Shown: positions 1-11,280 of the stretch, one piece after another
Position numbering within the stretch: the stretch's first letter is position 1
Layout of the letters: each line of letters starts with the position of its first letter
NCBI GenBank assembly: GCA_036867785.1
Contig: CP145413.1
Location: forward strand, 992,001 to 1,056,000
Origin: Plasmodiophora brassicae
Lineage: Eukaryota
Reading direction: 5' to 3'
DNA length: 64,000 nt
Translations under genes and position numbers: made by a program
Notes under the pieces: model-generated
The model's database searches: none
What the model was told of the DNA's origin: nothing
What the model saw: the letters and a program-made list of their open reading frames with translations, nothing else

Positions 1-311
1 ATGCCGCGTGCATCTCGCATACAATGGTTCTCGACAGCCAGTAGCACTTCCGCTCGTGAGGAACGGGACGGCATACGTATACATGCCATGATGCAGACGA
101 CGCCGATCCCCGGTTCGGGTGTGCAATACCATGTACGTAGGTATAGCCTGCCGCGTCAAGCAACCCGTCACTGGTGGCGGTCAACACAACCCTGTTCAGT
201 GTTCACGAACCCGACGAGCCGTCGGCCGAGCACACTGCTGCTGCTGCTAGTCTATAGACTGATAGTCGGCCCCGCGGCCTGAGCCCTGAGCCGGTGTACC
301 TGGCGCCAAGT
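1..311 (-). pseudogene. Copy 1 (partial) of a disabled host gene 'gene A'
   Basis: Closely similar direct copies at about 2246-2500 and 4057-4319. The minus-strand frame has an in-frame TGA, and the copy breaks just short of the ATG seen in copy 3. Confidence 0.6.
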
Positions 312-1069
312 AGGTAGATTTCCTTCACATACTCCACGTCCCATACGAGACATGTTGCTTGCGGATCTGCAGATCCCCAGCACGCGTATGCAAGAGGATG
401 TCTACTTGGATCTCGTGGGTGGCCTGTTCCACTGCTTCCTCGCTATCCGCCAGAATCAACTTGGTGTCTCCCGAGATGCATCCTGCATAACCTCTTGGCA
501 ATTGCCATGGTATCAGTGTTCTGTTAGCCCACTGTCTAGTATGGCTGGCCGCGGCTCATCCAGCGCTGATAGCGTGACATTGATCTGGTTGTTGGCGCCC
601 TGTGCATATCCAGCCTCTTAACTTGCAGATTTTGGAGTTCTCTGTGCTCGTGCGTCTATCTGCGTTTGCAGCTTACTCGCCCCTCACCTCTTGCATGCCA
701 GGTGTTGGGTGTTCGGCGGCTTCTTCTGCATCCCCAGCGCACTCGCGACTCCATTCCCCTCTGCCTTCCATTGAGTGTTCGCCCGTGCATGGCTCATTGC
801 CAACAGAGCCGGCATTCTTCTGGGATTTATTCGATCGCTTCGATTTCATCTTCTCGAAGGTTTTGTTCTTCTGTTCTTCAGTTGCCTTCGAGCAGTCTCT
901 CAGCGTGTGCGGACCGTTGCAGAACCAGCACTTGGGTTTGCGTTCGGCAATGTCCGACTTTTGCCTCTTGGGGTCGGCACGTTCTTCCGGACCTTCCGGG
1001 TTGGCACTGGCGTCGGTCTTCAGACGTCTCTTGCCTCCGCTCACCTTCTTGAGCGGCGTGACCGTCTCG
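312..1069 (-). mobile_element. Ty3/gypsy-like LTR retrotransposon fragment: gag C-terminus plus degenerate aspartic protease
   Basis: Zinc knuckle CWFCNGPHTLRDC (CX2CX3HX4C). Downstream on the minus strand is AILDSG (LDSG at 528-539), then a frameshifted ILLHTRAGDLQIRKQHV segment. Confidence 0.7.
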
Positions 1070-1682
1070 AGCAGGACGAGACAGTCGAACAAGGACGAGA
1101 CGGTCACGCCGCTCAAGAAGGTGAGCGGAGGCAAGAGACGTCTGAAGACCGACGCCAGTGCCGACCCGGAAGGTCCGGAAGAACGTGCCGACCCCAAGAG
1201 GCAAACGTCGGATATTGCCGAACGCAAACCCAAGTGCTGGTTCTGCAACGGTCCGCACACGCTGGGAGACTGCTCGAAGGCAACTGAAGAACAGAAGAAC
1301 AAAACCTTCGAGAAGATGAAATCGAAGCGACCAAATAAATCCCAGAAGAATGCCGGCTATGTTGACGGTGAGCCATGCACGGGCGAACACTCAATGGAGA
1401 GCAGAGGGAAATGGAGTCGCGAGTGCGCTGGGGATGTGCGCACCTCGATCGTGTACCCGCTGCCGAACCTGACGACATCCGCTCGTCAGCATTGCTGAAC
1501 GCCCTGGGGGCCGACTGCGCTCGACGACGTCGAGAAGCCGCCGAACACCCAACACCTGGCACGCAAGAGGTGAGGGGCGAGTAAGCTGCAAACGCAGATA
1601 GACGCAGAGCACAGAGATCTCCCAAGTCTGAAAGTTAAGACAACTTGCAGCAGACAATGAGGCTGGATATGCACAGGGCGCC
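594..1682. repeat. Long imperfect palindrome 1 (arms about 594-1069 and 1096-1682, 26-nt spacer)
   Basis: Arms are reverse complements (gagcggcgtgaccgtctcg ... cgagacggtcacgccgctc), giving mirror ORFs on both strands. The right arm carries about 95-nt and 18-nt segments missing from the left. Confidence 0.95.
1070..1682 (+). mobile_element. Inverted copy of the gypsy-like gag C-terminus
   Basis: KPKCWFCNGPHTLGDC in ORF 602..1498; reverse complement of 594-1069. Confidence 0.7.
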
Positions 1683-2500
1683 ATGGCCATAACGCGGACG
1701 AAGGCACGCTCAGTACCACCGGGTTCAAGTCGTCATCGATGCGGACCCGAACAACGCTAGCGTTCGTCACGATGTTAGTATAAAGTTGGGAGTACACTTT
1801 CAAAGAAATAGAAAAACGTTACCTGAGAGGCTGGTCCCGAAGAGACTGGCCTTCAAGTTTGCACATTACGCCCCATTCCTGGTCACTGCCACAGGGAACG
1901 AACGCGAACACGGTCCTATCTTCGTCAGGATAGATGCGGGCGTCGGTCCTGGCGATCAAGTCGAAAAGATCGGCCGGCGTGGTAGTCCCGGGTAAATTGG
2001 CTACCTCAGACATGTCAGCGATTAGCATATGACGACTCCAGGATGCGGTTTGGCAAACATATGACGCAAAGCCGGTTTCCGGGTACCAGCAGGGGGTCAT
2101 CGGCAACGGGGCGTTGTACCTGAACCCGGGAGGCGGCCTCGCTGTTAGTAACGACTGGTTCCTGAACAATACCATTCGCTTATCGAACTGCTCGCTCCCA
2201 TTGATGTGTCTTTGAGACAGAGACCCGCGTGTTGACTCATGTGAAATGTCGCGTGCATCTCGCATACAATGGTTCTCGACAGCCTGTAGCACTTCCGCTC
2301 GTGAGGAACGTGACGGCATACATGCCATCATGCAGACGACGCCGATCCCCGGTTCGGGTGTGCAGTACCATGTACCTAAGTATAGTCGACAGCGTCAAGC
2401 AATCCGTCACTGGTGGCGGTCAACGCGACCCTGTTCATTGTTCTCGAACCCGACGAACCGTCGGCCGAGCACGCTGCTGCTGCTGCTGCTAGTCTATAGA
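1677..2500 (-). pseudogene. Copy 2 of gene A, including an intron and part of the next exon
   Basis: Direct repeat of 1-258 and 3852-4270. Minus-strand intron gtaacg...ctaac...ctag at about 1821-1757. In-frame TAG and indels relative to the other copies. Confidence 0.6.
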
Positions 2501-2503
2501 TAA

Positions 2504-3270
2504 TCCGGACCTTCCGGGTTGGCACTGGCGTCGGTCTTCAGACGTCTCTTGCCTCCGCTCACCTTCTTGAGCGGCGTGACCTCTCGTCCTTCTTCGACTG
2601 TCTGGTCCTGCTCGCCTCCTTCGCGGCCACCATCTTCTGATAGTGCCGGACTTCGTCGAACATCACAGCCTTCTCCCCAACCAGTTTGAGCAGCTGGCGA
2701 GAGTCGGTTCTCAGCTCCTTCATGCTGGTCTCTGTGATTTCGGTGACGGTCTCCCTAAGCTCGTCTGGCGATATGCCGCGTAGCAGCAATTTGACCTTGA
2801 GCTTTTGGCCCTGTGCACCTTCGAACATGTGGTGGCAGGCGTGCTCTTTCACAAGTCTCGCGAACTGCGCGCCGTAGTCTGCTCCCCGTGCTGCCGCTTC
2901 TGGGATGCTTCTCTTCATCCGCATTTCTCTGAACGTGTCGACGAACTTTATACCGCTCTTCGGTGTTGTCGTTGTCATGCGACGTTCGAGCATTTCCAGC
3001 AACACGTCGTCCGGGATGTTGTCGGCCGTGTAGACTTCATCCACCCCGTCCAGCGTCATGAGGGAAGCGGCCAGAAGGTGCTCATCTGCCATCGTCCGCA
3101 CATCTGCCTCGACGTCGTTCAGCCCCGATTCGCTCATACTTTGCCGGTACAGCTTGTACTGTCGGAACCACTTGACCAGCGCGGCTTGCCCTGAAGACGT
3201 TAGGTTTGGCTTCCTGTTGTCCTCGTCCTTCTGCACGAGATTTCTCAGTTGGACCATCTTCGTCCTTGTC
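2504..3270 (-). mobile_element. Gypsy-like gag N-terminal two thirds (232-aa ORF, frameshifted before the zinc knuckle)
   Basis: ORF 2559..3257 runs into the same sequence as 986-1069. A 1-nt deletion (gagaggtc versus gagacggtc) separates it from the knuckle frame. Confidence 0.65.
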
Positions 3271-3855
3271 AGAAGATGGTGGCCGCGAAGGAGGCGAGCA
3301 ACAGGAAGCCAAAACTAACGTCTGCAGGGCAAGCCGCGCTCGTCAAGTGGTTCCGACAGTACAAGCTGTACCGGCAAGGTATGAGCGAATCGGGGCTGAA
3401 CGACGTCGAGGCAGAGGTGCGGACGATGGTAGATGAGCACCTGCTGGTTTCCCTCATGACGCTGGACGGGGTGGATGAAGTCTACACGGCCGACAACATC
3501 CCGGACGACGTGTTGCTGGAAATGCTCGAACGTCGCATGACAACGACAACACCGAAGAGCGGTGTGAAGTTTGTCGACACGTTCAGAGACATGCGGATGA
3601 AGAAGAGCATCCCAGAAGCGGCAGCACGGGTGGCAGACTACGGCGCGCAGTTCGCGAGACTTGCGAAAGAGCACGCCTGCCACCATATGTTCGAAGGTGT
3701 ACAGGGCCAAAAGCTCAAGGTCAAGTTGCTGCTACGCGGCATATGGCCAGACGAGCTTAGGGAGGCCGCCGCCGAAATCACAGAGACCAGCATGAAGGAG
3801 CTGAGAACCGACTCTCGCCAGCTGCTCAAACTGGTTGAGGAAGAAGGCGGTGATG
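2661..3855. repeat. Long imperfect palindrome 2 (arms about 2661-3219 and 3299-3855)
   Basis: Mirror ORFs 2559..3257(-) and 3249..3932(+) encode nearly the same protein. Confidence 0.95.
3269..3855 (+). mobile_element. Inverted copy of the gypsy-like gag N-terminal region
   Basis: KPKLTSAGQAALVKWFRQYKLYRQ...QLLKLV, reverse complement of 2661-3219. Confidence 0.65.
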
Positions 3856-4323
3856 CGGTTTGGCAAACATATTACGCAAAGCTGGTTCTGGGTACCAGCA
3901 GGGAGTCATCGGCAACGGGGCGCGGTACCTGAACCGGGGACGCGGCCTCGCTGTTAGTAACGACTGGTTCCTGTACACTACCATTCGCCTTATCGAACTG
4001 CTCGCTCCCATTGATGTGTCTTCGAGACAGAGACCCGCGTGTTGACTCATGTGAAATGTCGCGTGCATCTCGCACACAATGGTTCTCGACAGCCTGTAGC
4101 ACTTCCGCTCGTGAGGAACGGGACGGCATACGTATACATGCCATGATGCAGACGACGTCGATCCCCGGTTCGGGTGTGCAATACCATGTACATAGGTATA
4201 ATCGGCCGCGTCAAGCAACCCGTCACTGGTGGCGGTCAACACGAACCTGTTCAGTGTTCACGAACCCGACGAAGCAGCCCAGCGGCCTGAGCCCTGAGCC
4301 GGTGTACCTGGCGCCAAGTCCAT
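3852..4323 (-). pseudogene. Copy 3 of gene A with its putative start (ATG 4323, MDLAP then a GTACAC donor)
   Basis: Direct repeat of 2042-2455 and 1-311. It has an internal deletion and an in-frame TGA, and lies head-to-head with the gene at 4396. Confidence 0.55.
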
Positions 4324-4395
4324 TTTGGGTGGACCGGCGCCTCTGGCAGCGTGCACAGTGCGGGGGCGCCCCCACGTCGTGTGCGACTGGCGCCC

Positions 4396-5816
4396 ATGCA
4401 GTTGGGAAATTTTGGGCCGCTGACTGAGGCGATGGTCGACGACGGTGCGCCGCTGTCCATCAGTCATGCGGTGCTGGACGGGGTCGAACGTGGCGACAGC
4501 CATGCCGTCGCGCAGATGCGCACGCTAATCGTTCAGGCGCACGAGCAGATCGCGACGCTCGAGGTTCGTGCCGAGGCGCGCGCGATCGCATGCGGAGCGC
4601 TGATTAGTGGCAGAACCTGAATGCGCGGCTACGCGACAGAGTGAGTAAGCTCGTCGCAAAGGGGACTGAAATCGAGGTGACGTCCACTCGCCCTGACGCG
4701 GCATGAGTGTCTGATCTGAGTGGGGTAGAACAAATTGCTGGAGCTGAAGAGCGCTCCAAGTAAAGATCTCGATGCACTACAAGAGCAAATGCAACGACGA
4801 AAGGACCAGGTCGCTGCGATATGCTGCAGCGGCGACATGCCCTGAATTTGGTGTCTATGTAGATGGATCATACGCTGGCCGAGCTCGTTGAGCAGAACAG
4901 CAGGCTTCTGCTGGAGAAGAACGTTCTCGAAGGCATAGTCGAAGATAAAAACAGGAGACTAGTTGAGGTGCAAGCTGCCTATCTAATGATGATGGTCAGC
5001 CAGTTCAGTCGATTGATCATCCGCCAATATGACTCATATTGTGCTGACAGGATAAGATCGAAGCTCAGAAAATAGTTCTAGATCAGTCCCACGCGCGTTC
5101 TCAAACCATTAGTGACCAGCTCAAACAATACGAAAGCCAGCTTCGAAATGTCTCTGAAATTCAACTTGCTAACCAGGGACTGCTTGACCAGTACTCCAAA
5201 GACGGTACGACGCCACCGTGCAAGTTCCTGTCACCTCTTGACTGTATGTGCCCAGTCCAATGCGAACGTGAAGAATCTGCTACTTTGAGAAACGCGAATG
5301 ATGAGCTTCAATGTAAGGGGGCGTTTGTCGTGGTCAGGAATCACGCCTGAGTTCTGCTCCGCAGTGCAGATTGCCAGCCAAGCCGGCTACCTTACTCGAT
5401 CGCAGCAACGTATTTCAGAACTTGAAGCAGTCGTTTTCCGGAGGCAGAAAGAAGATGCTGGCGACGACCAGTTGCTGAAAGAGCTCAGGGACAGCGGCGC
5501 CCAGGTTGACCGCAGCATAGCCGAAGTCGGCGCCCGTGAAAAGAAACATGTCGACGACCTGTGCAGGTTCAGCTCATTTGCAGCACAGCTACTGCAAAGG
5601 ACGACACAAAACGCAGAGTGCCAGACGTTGGTGACGCCCGATCCGGTCCCAGAAGAGTGTCGAAAGCTCGCTATTGAGGCTCCCGTTCCCGTGCCCGAGG
5701 CACCAAGCATCACCGCATGCCCCACAATCTGTCCGACCGTCGAGGTAACGCCACCGGCTGATCCCGTTGCAGACGAACTGCCACAGCCGTCAGAAGAAGC
5801 CAGATCGGGAAGCTGA
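4396..5816 (+). CDS. Multi-exon coiled-coil protein of unknown function
   Basis: Several short GT-AG introns join heptad-rich exons (MDHTLAELVEQNSRLLLEKNVLEGIVEDKNRRLVE; QQRISELEAVV); Pro-rich tail. Confidence 0.6.
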
Positions 5817-7202
5817 GTATTATCATTCTCCTTCAACGGTCCTTTGCCAAATATGAGACCATCGTCTGCCAAATGTAATTTCCAAGGCGTGTATCTTCAA
5901 CAGTTGCCTTCCAGCTTTGGTGTGGTGCACGGTCGTCTCGTGCGGCAGTTGCAACCGGGGGTCGGCACGATTGTGTCGTTAAGGGGACACCGATAAGCCC
6001 CATGTAACCGATGGCACTAACCGTCGGTAAATACGTCAAATGGCGTAGGTTCACTCTAACCATCAGCAGCCATCCCTAATTCCTAGCCTGTGTCCTTCCC
6101 AGGGTTGTTGAATCGCTGAACAGCTCCCGTAACGGCACTTGCTTGGCATGCAGCCAGCGTCGATGGGGCACCAGACGAGCCATGGGTCAGGCTCGCGACG
6201 ACTGGTTAGACCCGTTCATGCATCGTTGGAACATGCCGGACGCTACGACCCGGCGTCCCACCAAGTGAGCGCGCAGGAAGATAACATGTCACCAGCGACG
6301 TCATCGAGGACATCGCCGGAGCTGACTTCACTTCGCTCCGTTGGCCGGATTGAGGCGCGTCCGCCGCGCCGGCACTCGTGGCTGAACGCGCCGTTTCCGC
6401 CCAAATAGCAGCAGGAGCTTCAGAGTGTTCCACCCACGTCGCACAGGCAGGAGAACTCCTGAATCGTCGACTGGAGCAGAAGAGTGCTGGGTAGATAACG
6501 TCTCTGGGCATTTACGTACAACTATTCAGTGGCTGAGCGGCCATTTTGAATTCTCCGTCGGGCGATGCCACAGAACGGGCGTCATCTGTTGATGGGCGTG
6601 CCAGTTTCAGGGGGTCCATGTCGGAGATACGAACGGCCGTCTGCCTGCGATCCACGTCGCGCAGGTTGACCTCTGTCGATGAGTTCGAATTCGTGTTCTG
6701 CCTGCGCGGTACTACCATGGCCACTCGGCCATGCAACGACGATGCGTTTGCTGTCCCCCTATGATTGTGGCCGGTCGGATCTCAGACATGGCTCCCCTGG
6801 TGCTGCTACACCTCGCTGAATGTGTATGGTTAATGTTGGTTATCAGCAGGAGGTATGACGTCTCTTGTATAGAATGAAATTGGATCAAGCAAGGCCGTAT
6901 CCATCGAAAGCAGCAATGTTGATTTGCAGTCGTGCGACGCCTGCCTCGTTGGGAGACTGCGCCCAACGCCACGATTGACGTCCAGCGCGCGGGGGAATAC
7001 CTAGCCAGCCGAATGCGCCGCGACCCGGCTACCGGCATCTGGGGCGGCGGATCGGATCCTGAGCGGGGCGCCACTCGGGGTCGAGGGTCGGCGTTCGGGC
7101 CCCAGTCGTTGGCTGGCTGGCGCTATTTCTGGCGGCCGCCCAGGTCGATTGCAGCTGCGCACTTCTCCACCGCGGTTCCCGTCGTCGCCAGCGCAGTCGG
7201 CG

Positions 7203-9174
7203 ATGTCGCCCCGTGATGCCAGCAGCCGACGCGGGCAGTGCTGCGGCAAGCGCACCATCGAGTTCCTGTTCTACCAGCACATCGGCGCTCTGGTAACGTG
7301 CGTCGTTGCTGCCGCTCGCACCTAATCTCATGACGACGATGTCCCCCAGGTCTGCACGACGACGCTCGCCATTGCGGTCTGGCTGGTGATCCGGCATGCG
7401 CACCTGGAGACGTGGGAGACCGCCCACGGGTGGGCGACCTCGTACCGGCAGATGATCATTCTGACGAAAATGTACCCCAAGATCCATCAGTACGCGCACG
7501 ATGGGTCGCTGAGCGCCGGCGATCGCCGCCTGCTGCTCGACGATATCCGGTTCGAATCCCGGAATTTCACATCCGAACACGACGAAGTCCACGCTCGCGA
7601 TCGCGAGAGATTCCGCCAGCTTACCAATGCCGACACCGACGCGATACAGGCGTGGATCACCGCCGTCGACGCGTTCATCAAGAAGGCGGAGACGCCACGC
7701 GTCTGGATGTCGGCTGTGAGGCCGCTGGCGGATGCGGCCATCTGCCCGTCCGTCGTCGACCCGTGCGAACAGGCGCTGGTGAAGGTCATGAACCTGTACA
7801 CGGAAGCCATGTACTCGATCGGCGAGATGCGATACGACCTGGCCGGGATGGTGTTCCTCGCCCTGCTGTGCGTCCTGAGCATCGGGCAGATGTTCCTCGT
7901 GCGCGCCGAGTACACGCAGCAGTTAGCGACGATTCAGCTCGCCGAAGAGCTCGCCAGCGTCATCCATGACGTGCGCACGCCCCAGCAAGTCATCGTGTCG
8001 GCGGTGGCGTTGCTGACGCAGCCGGGCACGGCGGACACCACTAACGCGCACGATATGGTCCAGATCATTGCCGATTCGTGCACGGCCACGCAGCGCCTGC
8101 TGGACACCGCCCTGCTGCGCATTCGCTCGCGAGCCGCACCCGAACCTGTCCCGCTGGCCGCGTTCTTCAAGGACATCTCCAGCGTCCAGAGCGCCGCCTG
8201 TCGCGACAAAGGCATCCTGTGGCGCTGTGATCTGGCGCCTTCCGCATGCGTCTCCGTCTTTGTCGACTCCGATGCTCTTCTTCAGATCGTGGTACGTCGT
8301 TCGCCTGCTGGTTTCGTTCTGTGTCCCGATCGCTAACGTGTCGCGCCGCCAGAGCAACCTGGTCTCGAACGCTATCCGGTACACGTCGAAAGGGCATGTC
8401 TCGCTGCAGGTCTCTGTTGATGCCCCCGAGCAACGCAACGTATCGTGGATGCAGCGGTTGCGGTCGTCGAAGCACCTGCACACGCTCGTGGTCAGCGTGT
8501 CCGACACCGGGTGCGGCATCCCGAAGCACGCCATGCCGCTCGTGTTCCGAAAGTTCCACCAGGTGAAGTCGGGGACCGGGTTCGGCATCGGCCTGTTCAC
8601 GGTCGCCCGCCTGACCAGCTCGCTGCGGGGCGGGATCGACCTCTGGAGCGAAGTCGGCAAAGGCACCCGGATCGTCGTCCGCGTCCCCGTCGTCCTCGTG
8701 CCGTCATCGGCGACGTCCGAGGGCGACGACAACGCGCTCATGGCTCCCGAGCCGAGCTCGCCAGACGACTACCCGCCCAGCCTGACGGCGAGGAGCATAA
8801 CGGCGCTGAACATCATCCTGCTCGACGACGACCCCGTCACGTTGAAACTATCGAAACGGATCCTGGCCAACGCCGGGCACTCGGTCCGCACGTTCTCCCA
8901 TGGGGAGACGCTTCTCGAGCAGTACGACGACGCGGACGTCATCGTCACCGACCTGAACATGTCCGGGTCGATGAGCGGGTTCCAGGTGGCCGATCGCCTG
9001 CGCGCCATCGGGTACCGGGGCGCCCTGATCGCGCACACGGGCGACCGATTCGCCTACAACGCCTGCCTCGAGCACGGGTTCGACGCCCTGCTACCGAAGC
9101 CGTCGAGCGCGTCCACGTACGTCGCCACCATCGAATCCGTCCACCAACACAAGTGCTCCTGCCCATCGTCCTAA
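7203..9174 (+). CDS. Membrane-bound hybrid histidine kinase (2 TM, HisKA, HATPase_c, receiver)
   Basis: H-box HDVRTP, N-box NLVSNAIRYT, G1 DTGCGIP, G2 GTGFGIGL. Receiver motifs LLDDD, DVIVTDLNM, HTG, KP. Introns about 7293-7349 and 8292-8352. Confidence 0.9.
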
Positions 9175-9298
9175 ACGTCATCCTTATAAACCCTCTAAGT
9201 GTATACTGCTACAGGAGGGGCATGAGTCACGTCGGGTTTGCAGCGGAACGTGACGTTAGCCATGCACGAAGCGCCACTCCCCAAAATCGGGCAGGGCA

Positions 9299-10678
9299 AT
9301 GTCGATGATGCCAACCGGGGACGGCGATGCCGGTCTGTCGAACGATCGCCAGCGACGACCTGCCACCACCTTCGTCATCGTGTTCGTCGCCGTCACCGTT
9401 GCCTCCTCGCTCCTGATCCGGTTCCTGGCCGACCGGTTCCCAGCCGAACCGTCGCTGTCGCCAGCGCCCCCTCCCACCCAGCAACAGATCATCGCCGATG
9501 CGAACGCGCTCGCGTTCGACGACGCCGGTCGTTTCAACCTGACCGGCACGGTCGAGTCGTCCGCGGTCTCCTACGTCGACGCGATCCGCGTCGAGTCGTT
9601 CGACGACGTCATCGTCCTGCAGGTCGTGCGCCCCGAGCGGGTCGTCGACGACGGCCGCGACCTGCGCCTCGTGGTCTCCAGCGCCGGCCGCTTCGTCGAG
9701 GCGCGCCCGCGGTCCATGACGACCGGGGCGGCGCTGCTCGTGCTGCGCCCCGCACTGCTGACGTCGCTGTGCGGGTCGGCGCCGTGCCGCGTGACGGTGA
9801 CCGTTCACACGGACCGGACTGCGCCGCTGCAGTCCCCCGCCGGGTACGTCCTGTCCGGCGTGCGCGCCCGCCTCATGAGGGCGGACAGGCCCGTGTCGCA
9901 GTTCCTTGCCGGCGACGGCCGGGCCGCCCTGCTGGCCGTCCAGACGCAGCGAGACGGCGCCGACGTCGTTGTCGATGGGGCCTGTGCGGCGCCGGTCTTC
10001 GTGGGCGCCATCGGCGAGACGGACCTGAAACGGGACCGCGGCACGCTGCTGGACATCGTGGATGGTCGGCCCGGGATCCAGGCCGACCATTACAGGTTGC
10101 GGGTTGGCCATGACCTGTTCGTCATTGCTGTGCGATCGAAGGCGCCATGCGTCGTCAAGGTCGACGTTCGCAGTGGGGCGATCGCTCGGCGTGACGAGGG
10201 AGACCTGCGCCCGACCTGGAGCTGGACGTTCTTCGGCAGGACGTTGATCCTGGCCGTCGTCGTGTTCTGCCTTGTGATGCCGACCGTCGTAATGCTGTTC
10301 GCGTTCAACAGGCCGGCGCCGGCGTCCCCAGCTGACATCGCCGCCGCTGTCGCCATGGAGGACCATCGTCGCCGAAGGAACCAGTCAGCGCTGGGGTCGT
10401 TCCCGGCGGTTCGCGTGCGGCCTGAAGATCGCCTGCGCCTGGCATTCGGCGAAGAGAACCGCTGCAGCATCTGCCTGGATGTGTACGCTGTCGGCGACAT
10501 GGTACGAGACCTGGCCTGTGCACATCGCTTCCACATGGACTGCTGTGACTCTTGGATCATTGACAAGGGGCAGTGCCCGCTATGCCTGCAGGACGTCGGC
10601 AGCGCTGTCGACTACCATCGTCGGCAGGGCAGGCGACAGCAAACGCCGACCCGCACGTGCTCATTGCCGATGTTTTGA
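9299..10678 (+). CDS. Transmembrane RING-H2 E3 ubiquitin ligase
   Basis: CSICLDVYAVGDMVRDLACAHRFHMDCCDSWIIDKGQCPLC; two hydrophobic segments; single 459-aa ORF. Confidence 0.9.
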   Translation: MSMMPTGDGDAGLSNDRQRRPATTFVIVFVAVTVASSLLIRFLADRFPAEPSLSPAPPPTQQQIIADANALAFDDAGRFNLTGTVESSAVSYVDAIRVESFDDVIVLQVVRPERVVDDGRDLRLVVSSAGRFVEARPRSMTTGAALLVLRPALLTSLCGSAPCRVTVTVHTDRTAPLQSPAGYVLSGVRARLMRADRPVSQFLAGDGRAALLAVQTQRDGADVVVDGACAAPVFVGAIGETDLKRDRGTLLDIVDGRPGIQADHYRLRVGHDLFVIAVRSKAPCVVKVDVRSGAIARRDEGDLRPTWSWTFFGRTLILAVVVFCLVMPTVVMLFAFNRPAPASPADIAAAVAMEDHRRRRNQSALGSFPAVRVRPEDRLRLAFGEENRCSICLDVYAVGDMVRDLACAHRFHMDCCDSWIIDKGQCPLCLQDVGSAVDYHRRQGRRQQTPTRTCSLPMF

Positions 10679-10831
10679 TACACATTCATTTCCGCCCGAC
10701 AATATCTGAGGGGTCTTGGTGCACGCGGCGCCGACCGATCGAATCTTCAACGTCGGGCCGTCGTATGGCGCGTTACCGGACGTGTGCCCGTCATTCGTCG
10801 AATCTAACCGTCGGTGACGACAGCGACGACG

Positions 10832-11280
10832 ATGAGCGGGGCGGCGCCCAAGAAGCAGAACAGCGCATGCCACTTCTGCGATCACGCTGCGCGCCGCTCG
10901 GGGCGGCACAAGGTGGCCGAGCAGGTGGCGTGCTCGTTGGAGAACTGTCGGAAGGTCCGGGACTGCACACCGCCCGCGCACTATATGACAGGTGCGCTAA
11001 TACTGTCCGCGTCGTTGCTGCCCAGGTGTTCTGCTCCAGACGGGCCTGCATGGCGAAACTGCGAGGGCCCGGCGCGCCGCAGACGATCGAGGAGTTCCGC
11101 CTTTGGAAGAGCGTGATCGAATCCGGCCAGGTGTTCTTTGTCTGCCCGCACTGCATCGACCAGGGCGAATGCCAAGGGCCGCAGTGCAAGAAACGCATCA
11201 AATCCAAGACGGGTGATGCGCACTCTGGTATGGCCAGAACGTCCGATGGCGGGTTGGCGTTGTCGTTGATCCATCGGTAG
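10832..11280 (+). CDS. Small Cys-rich zinc-finger protein (zf-4CXXC_R1/ADD-like)
   Basis: CHFC...CSLENCRK, intron about 10954-11025, then VFCSRRAC...CPHC...CQGPQC. Confidence 0.55.

Noticed and set aside
602-1498. 298-aa ORF and its mirror ORFs as real genes
   Set aside because: They result from reading through the palindrome; half of each is antisense gag.
594-3855. Palindromes as whole-genome-amplification or assembly chimeras
   Set aside because: Chimeric fold-backs should have identical arms, whereas these differ by many substitutions and indels. Not fully excluded without reads.
5833-7200. Several short minus-strand ORFs
   Set aside because: No recognisable motif and no convincing spliced model; left unannotated.
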